Assembly: GCF_004010195.1 (NCBI RefSeq)
Contig: NC_057758.1
Coordinates: 3,055,307-3,090,481, forward strand
DNA from: Chiloscyllium plagiosum
Lineage: Eukaryota
DNA length: 35,175 bases
Direction: 5' to 3'
Positions 34,260 to 35,175 of this stretch are shown here, in pieces (within the stretch, counting starts at the first letter, position 1; each line of letters starts with the position of its first letter). The notes under the pieces are model-generated. The model was not told where the DNA came from and ran no database searches. It saw only the letters and a program-made list of their open reading frames with translations. Made by a program: the position numbers and the translations under genes.

Positions 34260-34420
34260 TCTGGATGTACTGGTTTCCTCCCAACGTACAGAAATGAGCA
34301 GGTTAGATGGAGTAGGCGTGCAAAATGCGAGGATAGGGAGGAGATATGTTCTGCACTTCACAGTGATGGCGCAGACTCGGTGAGCTGAATAACCTCTTTC
34401 TGCACTTTCGGTATCCTACG
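34260..34420 (+). mobile_element. Degenerate V-SINE remnant
   Basis: ggtttcctcccaacgtacagaaatgagcaggttagatgg...gcgcagactcggtgagctgaataacctctttctgcac resembles the core and tail of the SINE at 9998-10285. Confidence 0.55.
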
Positions 34421-34783
34421 TGAGCCAACTGAAACAAATAAAAAGAAATAAAACTGCAAATGACACTCCAGGGTTTAGATTTAAAACAAAATTTCATGTT
34501 CCTGTGAAATGTCCTGATGAGTCCAGGGGAAAAGTCTTCAAGAACAAGTGTCCTTTCTTTCAAAAACAATACTGATTAGACTGAGCAGCAGGTTATTATG
34601 CAGCAATTCCTGCAGCAATCAGGAGTCAAAGGAGAATTAAAGAAAATGAGTGGAGCAAACTCATGATGGTGACGATTTAGCTTTTAATATCTCAGTTTGT
34701 GTTAGTGAGAATGTAAACTCTACATAGCCGCCATAATGTACTATTCTCCCTCACTTTCATCAAACCTCTTTCACGACACCATT

Positions 34784-35175
34784 GTAGGCAAAGTAATGGA
34801 AAGGGTACTGAGGGATAGGATTTATGAGTATCTGGAAAGACACTGCTTGATTAGGGACAGCCAGCACGGATTTGTGAAGGGTAGGTCTTGCCTTACAAGT
34901 CTTATTGAATTCTTCGAGGAGGTGACCAAGCATGTGGATGAGGGTAGAGCAGTGGATGTAGTGGACATGGATTTTAGTAAGGCATTTGATAAGGTTCCCC
35001 ATGGTAGGCTTATGCGGAAAGTCAGGAGGCATGGGATAGAGGGAAATTTGGCCAATTGGATAGAAAACTGGCTAACCGGTCGAAGGCAGAGAGTGGTGGT
35101 AGATGGTAAATATTCAGCCTGGAGCCCAGTTACAAGTGGAGTTCCGCAGGGATAAGTTCTGGGTCCTCTGCTGTT
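34784..35175 (+). mobile_element. Young 5'-truncated CR1 RT fragment (same subfamily as 'C'); runs off the window end
   Basis: VGKVMERVLRDRIYEYLERHCLIRDSQHGF...DFSKAFDKVPHG...SGVPQG is nearly identical to 12623-13013. Confidence 0.95.

Noticed and set aside
32650..35175. Search for exon 1 of the GPR139-like gene
   Set aside because: No TM1-like YYxxL..G.P sequence followed by a GT donor was found; the cttaccc at about 33903 lies within a CR1 remnant.

Overview
Non-coding vertebrate DNA, almost certainly from a cartilaginous fish (shark). This assignment rests on my recognition of an HE1/V-SINE, shark-type CR1 LINEs and GPR139-like receptor remnants. No intact host gene is visible. Most of the window is retroelement debris: many CR1-clade LINE copies, including a multi-level nested stack at about 8.1-22.0 kb; a second LINE family; GIY-YIG Penelope-like elements (PLEs) of two families; SINEs; and one solo LTR with a target-site duplication (TSD). 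Two minus-strand pseudogenised GPR139/GPR142-like class A GPCR pieces lie at 31765-32649 (complete second exon with three lesions) and 24258-24545 (TM6 to C-terminus only). The most striking signal missing from the ORF track is about 10 copies of minimal hammerhead-ribozyme cores (CUGANGA-stem II-GAAAC-GUH) in the PLE terminal repeats. Several sit in inverted pairs, including a perfect 94-bp-arm palindrome at 17119-17310. PLE hammerheads are a known phenomenon, so I see no firm evidence of a wholly new biological system. The best leads are the palindromic ribozyme units and the decaying GPCR paralog cluster. There is a 291-nt assembly gap at 9137-9427. All family names come from motif recognition, not database searches, and boundaries of degenerate elements are approximate.
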